NCBI GenBank assembly: GCA_018623515.1
Contig: JAAZVL010000001.1
Location: 6,037 to 70,036, forward strand
DNA: 64,000 nt
From: Marinobacter sp.
Lineage (GTDB): Bacteria; Pseudomonadota; Gammaproteobacteria; Pseudomonadales; Oleiphilaceae
Direction: 5' to 3'
The translations under genes were made by a program, and so were the position numbers. The notes beneath the pieces are model-generated. The model saw only the letters and a program-made list of their open reading frames with translations, searched no databases and was not told the origin of the DNA. Position 1 is the stretch's first letter, and each line of letters starts with the position of its first letter. Of the stretch, positions 1-8,369 are shown piece by piece.

Positions 1-726
1 GTCTGTCGCAAACTCCGCCTCAAGCCGGGCATGACGGTGGTGGAGGCCGGCTGTGGTTGGGGTGGCCTGGCCCGCTATATGGCCCGCAACTACGGTGTGA
101 AGGTCCACTCCTACAACATTTCCAGGGAACAGCTCGCTTACGCCCGTGAGGAATCCCAACGGCAGGGGCTGGACGGCCTGGTCACTTACGTCGAGGACGA
201 CTATCGCAACATCGAGGGGAAGTACGACGCCTTTGTCTCCATCGGCATGCTCGAACACGTGGGCAAGGAGAATTACCCGGCGCTGTCGGAGCTGATCAAG
301 CGCAGCCTGAAGCCCGATGGCATTGCCCTGCTCCACAGCATCGGCCGGAACCGACCCATGCTGATGAATGCCTGGATCGAGAAACGGATCTTCCCGGGCG
401 CCTACCCGCCCAGCATTGGCGAGTTCATGGAGATCTGCGAGCACAGCGATTTCTCGGTACTCGATGTGGAGAATCTGCGGCTCCACTATGCCCAGACGCT
501 GGCCCATTGGATGGAGCGCTTCGAGGCCAACCAGGACAGGGTCACTGACATGTACGATGAACACTTTACCCGGGCCTGGCGCCTCTACCTGGCCGGCTCC
601 ATCGCCGCGTTCCGCGCCGGTTCGCTGCAATTGTTCCAGGTCGTGTTCACCCACGGTGGCAACAACCAGCTGCCCCAGAACCGGCGTGACCTGTACACCT
701 TCCCGGCAGCGCCAGAGGAGGCCTGA
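1..726 (+). CDS. Cyclopropane-fatty-acyl-phospholipid synthase family SAM methyltransferase (5' truncated by window); candidate TmpB-type fatty-acid methylase
   Basis: Frame open from base 1; EAGCGWGG SAM motif, SIGMLEHVG, IFPG, ENLRLHYAQTL and RAWRLYL motifs typical of the Cfa family. Confidence 0.9.
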   Translation, partial: VCRKLRLKPGMTVVEAGCGWGGLARYMARNYGVKVHSYNISREQLAYAREESQRQGLDGLVTYVEDDYRNIEGKYDAFVSIGMLEHVGKENYPALSELIKRSLKPDGIALLHSIGRNRPMLMNAWIEKRIFPGAYPPSIGEFMEICEHSDFSVLDVENLRLHYAQTLAHWMERFEANQDRVTDMYDEHFTRAWRLYLAGSIAAFRAGSLQLFQVVFTHGGNNQLPQNRRDLYTFPAAPEEA

Positions 727-1853
727 TGGAGTACTACGACCTGATCATCGTCGGTGCTGGCCCCGCCGGATCGACCCTGGCCAAGGCCCTGGAGAACACC
801 GGCAAACGGGTCCTGATCATCGACAAACAGGACTTTCCCCGTGACAAGACCTGCGCAGGCTGGGTGACGCCGGCGGTCATGAAAGAGCTGGATATCGATC
901 CGAACGACTATGGAAATGGCAGGACCCTGCAGCCGATCCGTCGGTTCCGGATTGGCATGATGGGGCAGGCGCCGGTGGAGAACGATCATGGCGAGGTGGT
1001 CAGCTACGGAATCCGGCGCTGTGAGTTCGATAACTACCTGCTGGATCGGGTAACAACAGCCACCCGGCAGCTGGGTACCCCGGTAAAATCCATCGAACGC
1101 CGGGGCGGCAACTGGGTCGTCAACGAAACCTGGGAGGCCCCCATGATTGTCGGGGCCGGCGGCCATTTCTGCCCGGTTGCCCGGCTGCTCGGGGAGGGCC
1201 CCGGCAGCCACGAAACGGTGGTGGCGGCCAAGGAAGTGGAATTCGAGATGACCGACGAGCAGGCCAGACTCTGCCAGGCCCGCGGCGATACACCCGAGCT
1301 GTGGTTCTGCCGCGATCTCAAGGGCTATGCCTGGGTATTCCGCAAGGGCAATTACCTGAACATTGGCCTTGGCCGGGAAGACAACCACAAACTGACCGAA
1401 CATCTGCAGGCGTTCGTGGAAGAGATGAAAAGCACCGGTCGCATCCCCGCCGACCTGCCCGGACGTTTCAAGGGGCATGCCTACCTGCTGTATGCCCATG
1501 CCGAGCGCCCGCTGGTCGACGATGGTGTCATCCTGATCGGCGATTCCGCCGGCCTGGCTTATACCCAGAGTGGTGAGGGCATCCGCCCGGCGGTCGAATC
1601 CGCCCTGCTTGCCGCCGAGGTGCTTCGCAAGGCCACGGACTATTCCGCTTCTTCCCTGCAGGTTTACGGTGACGCCATTGCCGAACGCTTCGGCAACCGG
1701 GCATCCGATAGCGAACAGGGCTGGCAGGTGCCGGACTGGGTCAAGACCCCACTGGCCAGCACCCTGATGCGTTCACACTGGTTTACCCGCAAGGTGGTGA
1801 CCGAGAAATGGTTCCTGCACCGGGAGGTGCCGCCGCTGGAAGTTGCGGTATGA
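726..1853 (+). CDS. Geranylgeranyl reductase-family FAD oxidoreductase; candidate TmpA-type reductase
   Basis: IIVGAGPAG, FPRDKTCAG, GYAWVF and LIGDSAG...GEGI motifs; TGATG overlap with the upstream methyltransferase. Confidence 0.85.
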   Translation: MEYYDLIIVGAGPAGSTLAKALENTGKRVLIIDKQDFPRDKTCAGWVTPAVMKELDIDPNDYGNGRTLQPIRRFRIGMMGQAPVENDHGEVVSYGIRRCEFDNYLLDRVTTATRQLGTPVKSIERRGGNWVVNETWEAPMIVGAGGHFCPVARLLGEGPGSHETVVAAKEVEFEMTDEQARLCQARGDTPELWFCRDLKGYAWVFRKGNYLNIGLGREDNHKLTEHLQAFVEEMKSTGRIPADLPGRFKGHAYLLYAHAERPLVDDGVILIGDSAGLAYTQSGEGIRPAVESALLAAEVLRKATDYSASSLQVYGDAIAERFGNRASDSEQGWQVPDWVKTPLASTLMRSHWFTRKVVTEKWFLHREVPPLEVAV

Positions 1854-1872
1854 ACACCTCTCTCCACAATAG

Positions 1873-1901
1873 AAAAAAGCCGGGCGCAGGGCCCGGCATT
1901 T
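1873..1901. terminator. Intrinsic terminator between convergent genes (stronger on the minus strand)
   Basis: AAAAAA-GCCGGGC-gcagg-GCCCGGC-attt. Confidence 0.7.
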
Positions 1902-1924
1902 CATTCTGCTTGCAGTGCTGATAC

Positions 1925-3574
1925 TCAGTCGGCTGACAACTCGATGACGTCGATCGAGTAAAGCGTGGTGGTACCGCTGACCTCGTTACCCACCGCCAGC
2001 ATCGGCTCACCAGTCGGGCTGTCGGATGCCGCAATGAAGGCCAGCCCCTCGGGTCCCAGGTCACCAGCCGTTCCGGCCTCAGGATCCGCCTCGTCCGAGA
2101 AATCGCGGTTGTTGAGGTATTGGACAAACTCCGGATTCTGCGGGTTGGTCACGTTGTAGACCATGATGCCGCCGACGCGCTCCAGGCCAATGAAGGCAAA
2201 CGTCTGGCCGTTGATCTCACCGACCGTTGCCGCCTCCGCTTCCGGCCCCTTGTCATCGGAGCGATTGTCAAAGGAGTTCTCGTCGTTGTTGCCGTTGAAG
2301 TTGTCGGGGATCAGGCTTGCGGTGATGCGCTCAAACTCGCTGCCGGAATCAAACACCCGCTGACCGTCCTCGTTCCAGATGGAGAAGGAACGGGCGCCAT
2401 AGGAATAGAGCTCGTTGTAACACTCGGTCACTTCGGGAGTGCCGCACTCCGTGGTACTTCCCAGCGTGGTGGTAATGTTCAACCGCCCCAGGTTTTCCAG
2501 ATTCTGGAGATTGTTCGGAAACGCGCCCGGTGCCAGCACCAGGTCCTCGACGCGGGCCTCCTCGCTGAAGCCGGCGTAATCCCGGGCATCGCCCTCGTTG
2601 GCGGTAATGTAATAGGTCTTGCCGTTGTAGGCATAGCTGGTAATCGCATCCGGCTGGTACATCCCCTTCACCGGCCAGTTGCGGATGTTGATACCCTCAT
2701 CCTCGTTACTGGCGTCCAGCTCATTTCCCAGCAAGTTGTGATCCTTGAAGCCGAGCGGCAGAACATCCAGGATTTCCGCCTTATCGATGTCCAGCAGGGC
2801 CACAGCATTGTTTTCCTGAAGAGCCACCCACGCCCGGGAGTTGTCCACTGATACGGCGATATATTCAGGCTCGAAATCCTGCGCCGCCGACGCTCCGGGA
2901 CCAAAGATTCTGACGCCTTCAGCACGCAGGCTATCTTCCTGCCCGTTGAACGCCTCGAAACCCGCAGTGGTTGCAGTCGCACCCGCTACCCCCGCAGAAA
3001 GGTCAATCACGGTTACCGAACCTACCGGGTCCACGGTGTAGTCGTCACTGGGTTCACCCTCATTGGCCACCAATACCTTCTGACCATCCCGGGTGAACGT
3101 GAGCATGTCCGGCAGGGCACCTACCTCGACTTCACTGACCTTGCCAAGGTCCGTCGAGTTGTAGAACACCACTTTGCCGTTGTCCTGCTTGTTTTCCGCC
3201 TCGATGGCAACCGCGACCAGATCGCCGTAGACAGCAACGCTGTTGGCAGAGGCCCCCTCCGCGGTGGCATCGATGGTTCCGAGTAATACCGGCTGCGACG
3301 GGTCCTGGATATCCAGGACATCAACGGTCGATGCATTGGCATTGACCACGAACAGTCGCTGGTTGGCCGGATCATGGGCCACGATTTCGGCGGCACTCTC
3401 ATCGAATACATTGCCCTCAGGCTGGTAAGAGCCCAGAACGTTGAGTTCAATCAATGTCTGGCTGGTGCCCGCAGGACCGGCAGGGCCCAGATCCCCGTCG
3501 TCACCATCGCAGGCGGTCAGAATAAGGGTGGAAGAAAGAATAGCCGTAGCAAGGAGAGACTTGCGCAGTTCCAT
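1925..3574 (-). CDS. Choice-of-anchor I family (alkaline-phosphatase-associated beta-propeller) lipoprotein
   Basis: Lipobox LTAC; SAAEIVAHD, VANEGEP, EPEYIAV, ANEGDAR, RSDDKGPE, GLERVGG and GNEVSGTT motifs; Pho box upstream. Confidence 0.85.
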   Translation of the reverse strand: MELRKSLLATAILSSTLILTACDGDDGDLGPAGPAGTSQTLIELNVLGSYQPEGNVFDESAAEIVAHDPANQRLFVVNANASTVDVLDIQDPSQPVLLGTIDATAEGASANSVAVYGDLVAVAIEAENKQDNGKVVFYNSTDLGKVSEVEVGALPDMLTFTRDGQKVLVANEGEPSDDYTVDPVGSVTVIDLSAGVAGATATTAGFEAFNGQEDSLRAEGVRIFGPGASAAQDFEPEYIAVSVDNSRAWVALQENNAVALLDIDKAEILDVLPLGFKDHNLLGNELDASNEDEGINIRNWPVKGMYQPDAITSYAYNGKTYYITANEGDARDYAGFSEEARVEDLVLAPGAFPNNLQNLENLGRLNITTTLGSTTECGTPEVTECYNELYSYGARSFSIWNEDGQRVFDSGSEFERITASLIPDNFNGNNDENSFDNRSDDKGPEAEAATVGEINGQTFAFIGLERVGGIMVYNVTNPQNPEFVQYLNNRDFSDEADPEAGTAGDLGPEGLAFIAASDSPTGEPMLAVGNEVSGTTTLYSIDVIELSAD

Positions 3575-3614
3575 GGTCGCCTCAAGATTCAGTGTATGTG
3601 ATTAGCAAATACAC

Positions 3615-3670
3615 ACACTAGGCGCGCCAGGTGACAGGTTATTGTCAGTTTCAAGACACTTTTCTGTCAC
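3615..3670 (-). promoter_or_regulatory. Pho-box array (four 11-bp-spaced units) plus -10 element
   Basis: Minus strand GTGACAG-aaaa-GTGTCTT-gaaa-CTGACAA-taac-CTGTCAC, then 10 nt, then TAGTGT; matches PhoB promoter geometry. Confidence 0.7.
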
Positions 3671-3685
3671 AGACATTTCCAGCAC

Positions 3686-3716
3686 AAAAAAATGGCGGCC
3701 TCTTGGCCGCCATTTT
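3686..3716 (-). terminator. Intrinsic terminator of dps
   Basis: AAAAAAA-TGGCGGCC-tctt-GGCCGCCA-TTTT. Confidence 0.8.
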
Positions 3717-3731
3717 CAGAGCACGATGGGA

Positions 3732-4205
3732 TTATTTCCCGAGGTAACTCCGGTACATCCAAACCATCTTCTCCTGCTGCGAGATATAGTCGCTCATCAG
3801 GGCAACGGTGCCTTCGTCTTCGGCATCACCGGCCAGGCTTAGCAGGTTTCGCTGCTTGCCGATCAGCTTGCCGAAGCTCTCGACAATGTTCTCGACCGCT
3901 TCCCGACCGTCGGACACATCCTTACGCTCCGGGATTTCAGAGCGTTCCATGTAGGTGCTGTAGGCGTGTGCCGGGCGATGACCCAGGGTAAGCACCCGCT
4001 CGGCGATCTCGTCAATTTTCAGGAGCAGGTCGTCATACAGTTCCTCGAACTTGGCGTGGAGCTCGAAGAAGTTCTCACCCTTGATGTTCCAGTGATAGCC
4101 ACGGACGTTCATATAGAAGATCTGGTAGTTGGACAACAGATCGTTGAGCGCGTCCGACAGTTCCACAGTTTTTCCACTATCGAGACCGATAAAGTTCTTA
4201 CTCAT
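3732..4205 (-). CDS. dps: Dps DNA starvation/stationary-phase protection protein
   Basis: YHWNIKGENFFELHAKFEELY...DEIAERVLTLG ferroxidase motifs; start moved to ATG 4205, which follows the AGGAGG RBS. Confidence 0.93.
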   Translation of the reverse strand: MSKNFIGLDSGKTVELSDALNDLLSNYQIFYMNVRGYHWNIKGENFFELHAKFEELYDDLLLKIDEIAERVLTLGHRPAHAYSTYMERSEIPERKDVSDGREAVENIVESFGKLIGKQRNLLSLAGDAEDEGTVALMSDYISQQEKMVWMYRSYLGK

Positions 4206-4296
4206 TACGTACCTCCTTGACGCTGATTCGAATCTTGATCCTTCCACTCTAGGCGGAGCAGGAAGATTCGTGAAGTTGTATCAAACAATCTCTTTC

Positions 4297-4344
4297 ATAG
4301 CCCAGACTTATGCAACCCCACGGGCTCTCATAGTCGACTGCTAT
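4297..4344. promoter_or_regulatory. Putative OxyR/LysR-type boxes upstream of dps
   Basis: ATAG-N7-TTAT (4297-4311) and ATAG-N7-CTAT (4330-4344); dps is commonly OxyR-regulated. Confidence 0.45.
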
Positions 4345-4426
4345 CAATTTTCTTGACACAATCTATTTAACAATAATTCTCAGTTGCCCTTTAATGAAGT
4401 TACAGACACCGGATGCGGAGCGGATC

Positions 4427-4702
4427 ATGAGCACCTTGAAACTGTTCGTACATGACCATGGTTCGAAGGGCGATCAGTCCTTGTTGAAGACCATCACCTT
4501 CGCCATTACCCATTTTACGGTTGCCTTCACCGTGGCCTATCTGCTGACCGGCGACATCATTGTGGGCAGTCTCATTGCCATGGTCGAGCCGGCCATCAAC
4601 ACCGTGGCCTACTTCTTCCACGAGAAGATATGGGCTCGCCACCTGCGCAATGCAAGGGGGTCAGATAACACCCTACCCCACAATCAGCCCAGCACCTGCT
4701 GA
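4427..4702 (+). CDS. DUF2061-type small membrane protein
   Basis: KTITFAITHFTVAFTVAYLLTG...EPAINTVAYFFHEKIW; GGAG RBS before ATG 4427. Confidence 0.8.
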   Translation: MSTLKLFVHDHGSKGDQSLLKTITFAITHFTVAFTVAYLLTGDIIVGSLIAMVEPAINTVAYFFHEKIWARHLRNARGSDNTLPHNQPSTC

Positions 4703-4719
4703 CTGAGATCAAGGGCCGG

Positions 4720-6162
4720 TCAAACTCCCGGCCCGCATTCGAGGCACTCGTCAGTAATTTCCGGTCCGATCTGCAGGTTCCGGTTCAGCTGCTTGAGCGC
4801 GGTGCGCAGCCCCTCCTCGATCACCGGATGGTAGTAAGGCATCGCCAGCATCTCGCTGACGGTCATCCGTTTCTGGGCACACCAGGCCAGCAGGTGAGCA
4901 ATGTGTTCCGCCGCCGGCCCGAACATTTCCGCGCCCATGAACAGGCCACTGCCATGTTCGCCATAGACCCGCAGGATGCCCCGGTTCTTGCCAATGACCC
5001 GGCTACGCCCCTGGTCTGTAAAGGAAACCTCGCCCACCGCGAAACAGCCATGGCACTGCTTGTCGACCTGATCAAGGGTCAGCCCCACGGAGGCAATCTG
5101 GGGGTCGGTAAACACCACCCCCAGGGGAACGTGACGAAGACCGGTACGCACATCCGGCCAGGCTGCCGCGTTGTCTCCGGCGATACGCCCTTCATCCGCA
5201 GCCTCATGCAGCAGGGGACGGTCGTTGTTGGCGTCCCCGGCGATGAAAATATGACTGTCGCCGCAGCGCAGGGTGTACTCGTCGAACACAGGTGAACCCC
5301 GGTCATCCAGCTCGATATCGGCGTTCTGGATATCCAGGTTGTCCACGTTCGGGCGACGGCCTGTCGCAGCGAGCAGATAATCGAAGGTCTCGGTCACCGG
5401 TTCGCCCGAGCCGTTCTTGAAGGTCACGGCCACCCCTTCGTCGGTGCGCTCGACGTCGGTGACATCGGCATCCGGATCCAGCGGAAACTCCTGGTTAAAG
5501 ATCTCCAGGGCGCAGGCGCGGATAGTATCGTCCTGGATCGAGCCGATGGCACCACCGACGCCGAACATCCGAACCCGCACACCGAGACGGCTCAAGGCCT
5601 GTCCCAGTTCCAGACCGATCACGCCCGGACCGAACACTGCCACCGATTCCGGCAGGTCGTCCCAGTCAAACAGGTCATCGTTGACGATGAGCCGATCCTT
5701 CGCCTCCTTTAAAAAACCCGGAATGTTTGGCCGGGATCCGGTGGCGATGATGATGCGTTCGGCATGGACCTCCGCGTCATCTCCCACAATCAGGCGGTTG
5801 GGACCGGCAAACCGGGCATGGCCCATCAACCGGTGAGGCTCCGGAAAATCCTTGACGGAATCCACCACCGACGAGACAAAACGATCACGCTCTTTGCGCA
5901 CCCGCTCCATGACCCGGCGACCGTCAATTGCGACCTTTCCCGGCGAGATACCGAATTCCCCTGCCTCCACCATGGCATGGGCATGTTCTGCAGCAGCAAT
6001 CAGCAACTTGCTGGGCATGCAGCCAACCCGGGCGCAGGTTGTGCCATATTGCTCCCCCTCTATCAGAACGACGCTGTCCGTTGCCTTGCGAACCCTCTGG
6101 TAAGCCACCATCCCGGCCGTCCCGGCTCCGATGATCGCCACATCCACTTCGTGCTTTTTCAC
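4720..6162 (-). CDS. Dihydrolipoamide dehydrogenase-like pyridine nucleotide-disulfide oxidoreductase
   Basis: GAGTAG, GTTCARVGCMPSK redox disulfide and YHPVIEE motifs; GTG start at 6162 after GAGGAGG. Confidence 0.88.
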   Translation of the reverse strand: MKKHEVDVAIIGAGTAGMVAYQRVRKATDSVVLIEGEQYGTTCARVGCMPSKLLIAAAEHAHAMVEAGEFGISPGKVAIDGRRVMERVRKERDRFVSSVVDSVKDFPEPHRLMGHARFAGPNRLIVGDDAEVHAERIIIATGSRPNIPGFLKEAKDRLIVNDDLFDWDDLPESVAVFGPGVIGLELGQALSRLGVRVRMFGVGGAIGSIQDDTIRACALEIFNQEFPLDPDADVTDVERTDEGVAVTFKNGSGEPVTETFDYLLAATGRRPNVDNLDIQNADIELDDRGSPVFDEYTLRCGDSHIFIAGDANNDRPLLHEAADEGRIAGDNAAAWPDVRTGLRHVPLGVVFTDPQIASVGLTLDQVDKQCHGCFAVGEVSFTDQGRSRVIGKNRGILRVYGEHGSGLFMGAEMFGPAAEHIAHLLAWCAQKRMTVSEMLAMPYYHPVIEEGLRTALKQLNRNLQIGPEITDECLECGPGV

Positions 6163-6346
6163 AACATGCCTCCTCAACCGGCACAGGTGGGCCGGATCCA
6201 ATGGATTCGCTGGTGACCTGTTTTCTTCCAGTATAGAAGCAGCCCGGGGGCCGGCGTAAACCAGCAGATCAATCGCGGCAGGACAGCCATGGAAAAATGA
6301 CCTACCCTTACCGGTTTCTGCCAACAGGTTCGACGGGAGATTGCGA

Positions 6347-7018
6347 ATGGTTCAGTACTGGCCAGAATTCCTGACCATTGTCGTGGCTCATCTGCTGGCC
6401 GTGGTCAGCCCCGGGCCGGATTTTGCGGTGATGCTCAGGCAGGCCCTGTGCCAGAGCCGGAGGAATGCGCTACTGAGTGCTGCCGGGGTGGGCGCCGGCA
6501 TTCTGGTTCATGTGACCTATTCCCTGCTGGGCATCGGGCTGTTGATCAAGCAGTCGGTGATGCTGTTCAGCGTATTGAAGGTGGTCGGGGCCCTGTACCT
6601 GGCGTGGATCGCCCTGCAATGCCTGAGAGCCAGAGCCGGCAGCATTCATGTGGAGACCGGATCTGCACCTGCGCAGTCTGGCTTTGCGGCCCTCCGACTC
6701 GGCTTTCTCACCAATGCCCTCAATCCCAAGGCAACGCTGTTCTTCGTGGCCCTGTTTTCGGTGGTGATCAGCCCCGGTACGCCACTGGTGGTGCAGGCGG
6801 GGTACGGGATCTATATGGCGGTCGCCACCGGCATCTGGTTTGCCCTGGTGGCGGTGTTCTTCACCCTGCCCCGGGTCCGCCAGGCCTTCAATCGCTTTGG
6901 CCACTGGCTGGACCGGATCATGGGCGGGGTATTGCTGGCTCTCGCCGCCCAACTGCTGCTCTCTACAGTGAGCGAATCAGAGCCTCTGTCTGCTTCCAGC
7001 CCAGGCAAGGATCGGTGA
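6347..7018 (+). CDS. LysE/RhtB family amino-acid exporter
   Basis: SPGPDFAV and GFLTNALNPKA motifs; hydrophobic. Confidence 0.9.
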   Translation: MVQYWPEFLTIVVAHLLAVVSPGPDFAVMLRQALCQSRRNALLSAAGVGAGILVHVTYSLLGIGLLIKQSVMLFSVLKVVGALYLAWIALQCLRARAGSIHVETGSAPAQSGFAALRLGFLTNALNPKATLFFVALFSVVISPGTPLVVQAGYGIYMAVATGIWFALVAVFFTLPRVRQAFNRFGHWLDRIMGGVLLALAAQLLLSTVSESEPLSASSPGKDR

Positions 7019-8015
7019 TCGAGCAACCGTAGAGCAGCTCGGGCCCATCATCCTGGCGCCCCGGTTCGAGGAAGCTTTCCAGCATCAACCCACGGATATG
7101 GGTGTTACCGGCGCGCCTCTGGGCCATGACTTCCCGGGCAATATCCATCTGGCGTTCGGACTGCTTGCAGGCGTTGTCGTGGCTACAGTCGACCATGACA
7201 GCGGTGGAGAGGCCCGCCTGTGCCAGCCCTTCAACGGCGGCGGCGATACTGTCAGCATCGTAATTGGTCACACCACGGCCACCCCGGAGCACCAGATGGG
7301 TATCCGGGTTACCCCGGGTCGAGATCATTACCGGCGCTCCGGTGGCCGAGACGCCCAGGTGATGATGAGGATGGGACGCAGACTTCATGGCGTTGGTGGC
7401 CACCGCGATCCCGCCGTCGGTGCCATTCTTGAACCCGACCGGCATGGGCAGTCCACTCACCATCTCCCGATGGATCTGGGATTCCGTGGTCCGGGCGCCG
7501 ATGGCGCTCCAGCTGACCAGATCGCCCAGATAATCCATGGCGAACGGGCTCAGGGCTTCGGTGGCCAGAGGCAGCCCGAGCCCGGCCAGATCCAGCAGAA
7601 GCCGACGGGAACGAATCAGCCCCTGCTGCAGATCCCCCTGCCCGTTCCGATCCGGATCGTACAGCAGGCCTTTCCAGCCCACGGTGGTCCGGGGCTTCTC
7701 CAGGTAGGCCCGCATCACGATCAGGAAGCGGTCACTGACCTCCTCGGCAAGTTGCTTGAGCCGGCGGCCGTAATCCAGCGCTGCCTGCTCATCGTGGATG
7801 GAACACGGCCCCATCACGATCAGAGTCCTGTCATCCCTGCCCTGCAGGATATTCCGGATCGCCTGTCGGTAGCCCTGCACCTGAACCAACAGATCCGGTT
7901 CTGCAGGAAACTCCCGGCGCAGTTGTTCCGGCGATGGCAGGGCAGTTTCCTGTCGGTGGCTGTCTGCTGCTGCGACAGCATCGTGCAGCGCATCGGCTTT
8001 CAGTGGCATGTTCAT
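6963..8015 (-). CDS. Class I 3-deoxy-7-phosphoheptulonate (DAHP) synthase
   Basis: GPCSIHD, EKPRTTVGWKG, IGARTTESQ, GFKNGTDG, DCSH and SITDPCLGW motifs; aroF/G/H paralog not resolvable. Confidence 0.95.
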   Translation of the reverse strand: MNMPLKADALHDAVAAADSHRQETALPSPEQLRREFPAEPDLLVQVQGYRQAIRNILQGRDDRTLIVMGPCSIHDEQAALDYGRRLKQLAEEVSDRFLIVMRAYLEKPRTTVGWKGLLYDPDRNGQGDLQQGLIRSRRLLLDLAGLGLPLATEALSPFAMDYLGDLVSWSAIGARTTESQIHREMVSGLPMPVGFKNGTDGGIAVATNAMKSASHPHHHLGVSATGAPVMISTRGNPDTHLVLRGGRGVTNYDADSIAAAVEGLAQAGLSTAVMVDCSHDNACKQSERQMDIAREVMAQRRAGNTHIRGLMLESFLEPGRQDDGPELLYGCSITDPCLGWKQTEALIRSL

Positions 8016-8046
8016 AGCGGTGTTCCCGTTTCCCTTGGTCAGAATC

Positions 8047-8083
8047 AAAAAAGCCCCGGCTGGGCTACCAGTCGGGGCTTTTT
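8047..8083 (-). terminator. Attenuator terminator upstream of the DAHP synthase
   Basis: Minus strand GCCCCGACTGG-tagc-CCAGCCGGGGC-TTTTTT, 32 nt before the start codon. Confidence 0.8.
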
Positions 8084-8147
8084 CGAGTCCGGTGGCAGCC
8101 TGGGTTACTGCCGGGCTGCCTTCCTCGTTATTCGTCGGATCAAAATC

Positions 8148-8285
8148 CTATGGGCGGCCCGGGTTCTGGCTAAAATAAAAGCCATAACCAAACCACCAAA
8201 AGAACACAGCAGCGCCCGCAGCCATCGGTTTGACGCCGAAAGCTTGCAGAACATTCAATTGACAGGTCGCGTTTGTGGTCTTCAT
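8148..8285 (-). CDS. Aromatic amino-acid leader peptide (MKTT...AVFFWWFGYGFYFSQNPGRP; alternative start 8225)
   Basis: 9 aromatic codons within an 11-codon stretch, immediately upstream of the terminator and the DAHP synthase. Confidence 0.8.
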   Translation of the reverse strand: MKTTNATCQLNVLQAFGVKPMAAGAAVFFWWFGYGFYFSQNPGRP

Positions 8286-8369
8286 GCTTTTCAATATATA
8301 CCTCCGGTTTCCGCCTTGGCAACCCGGAGGTCGAAGTTTTTCCGTTTGCCGTTCATCTGCGGAGTGCCA

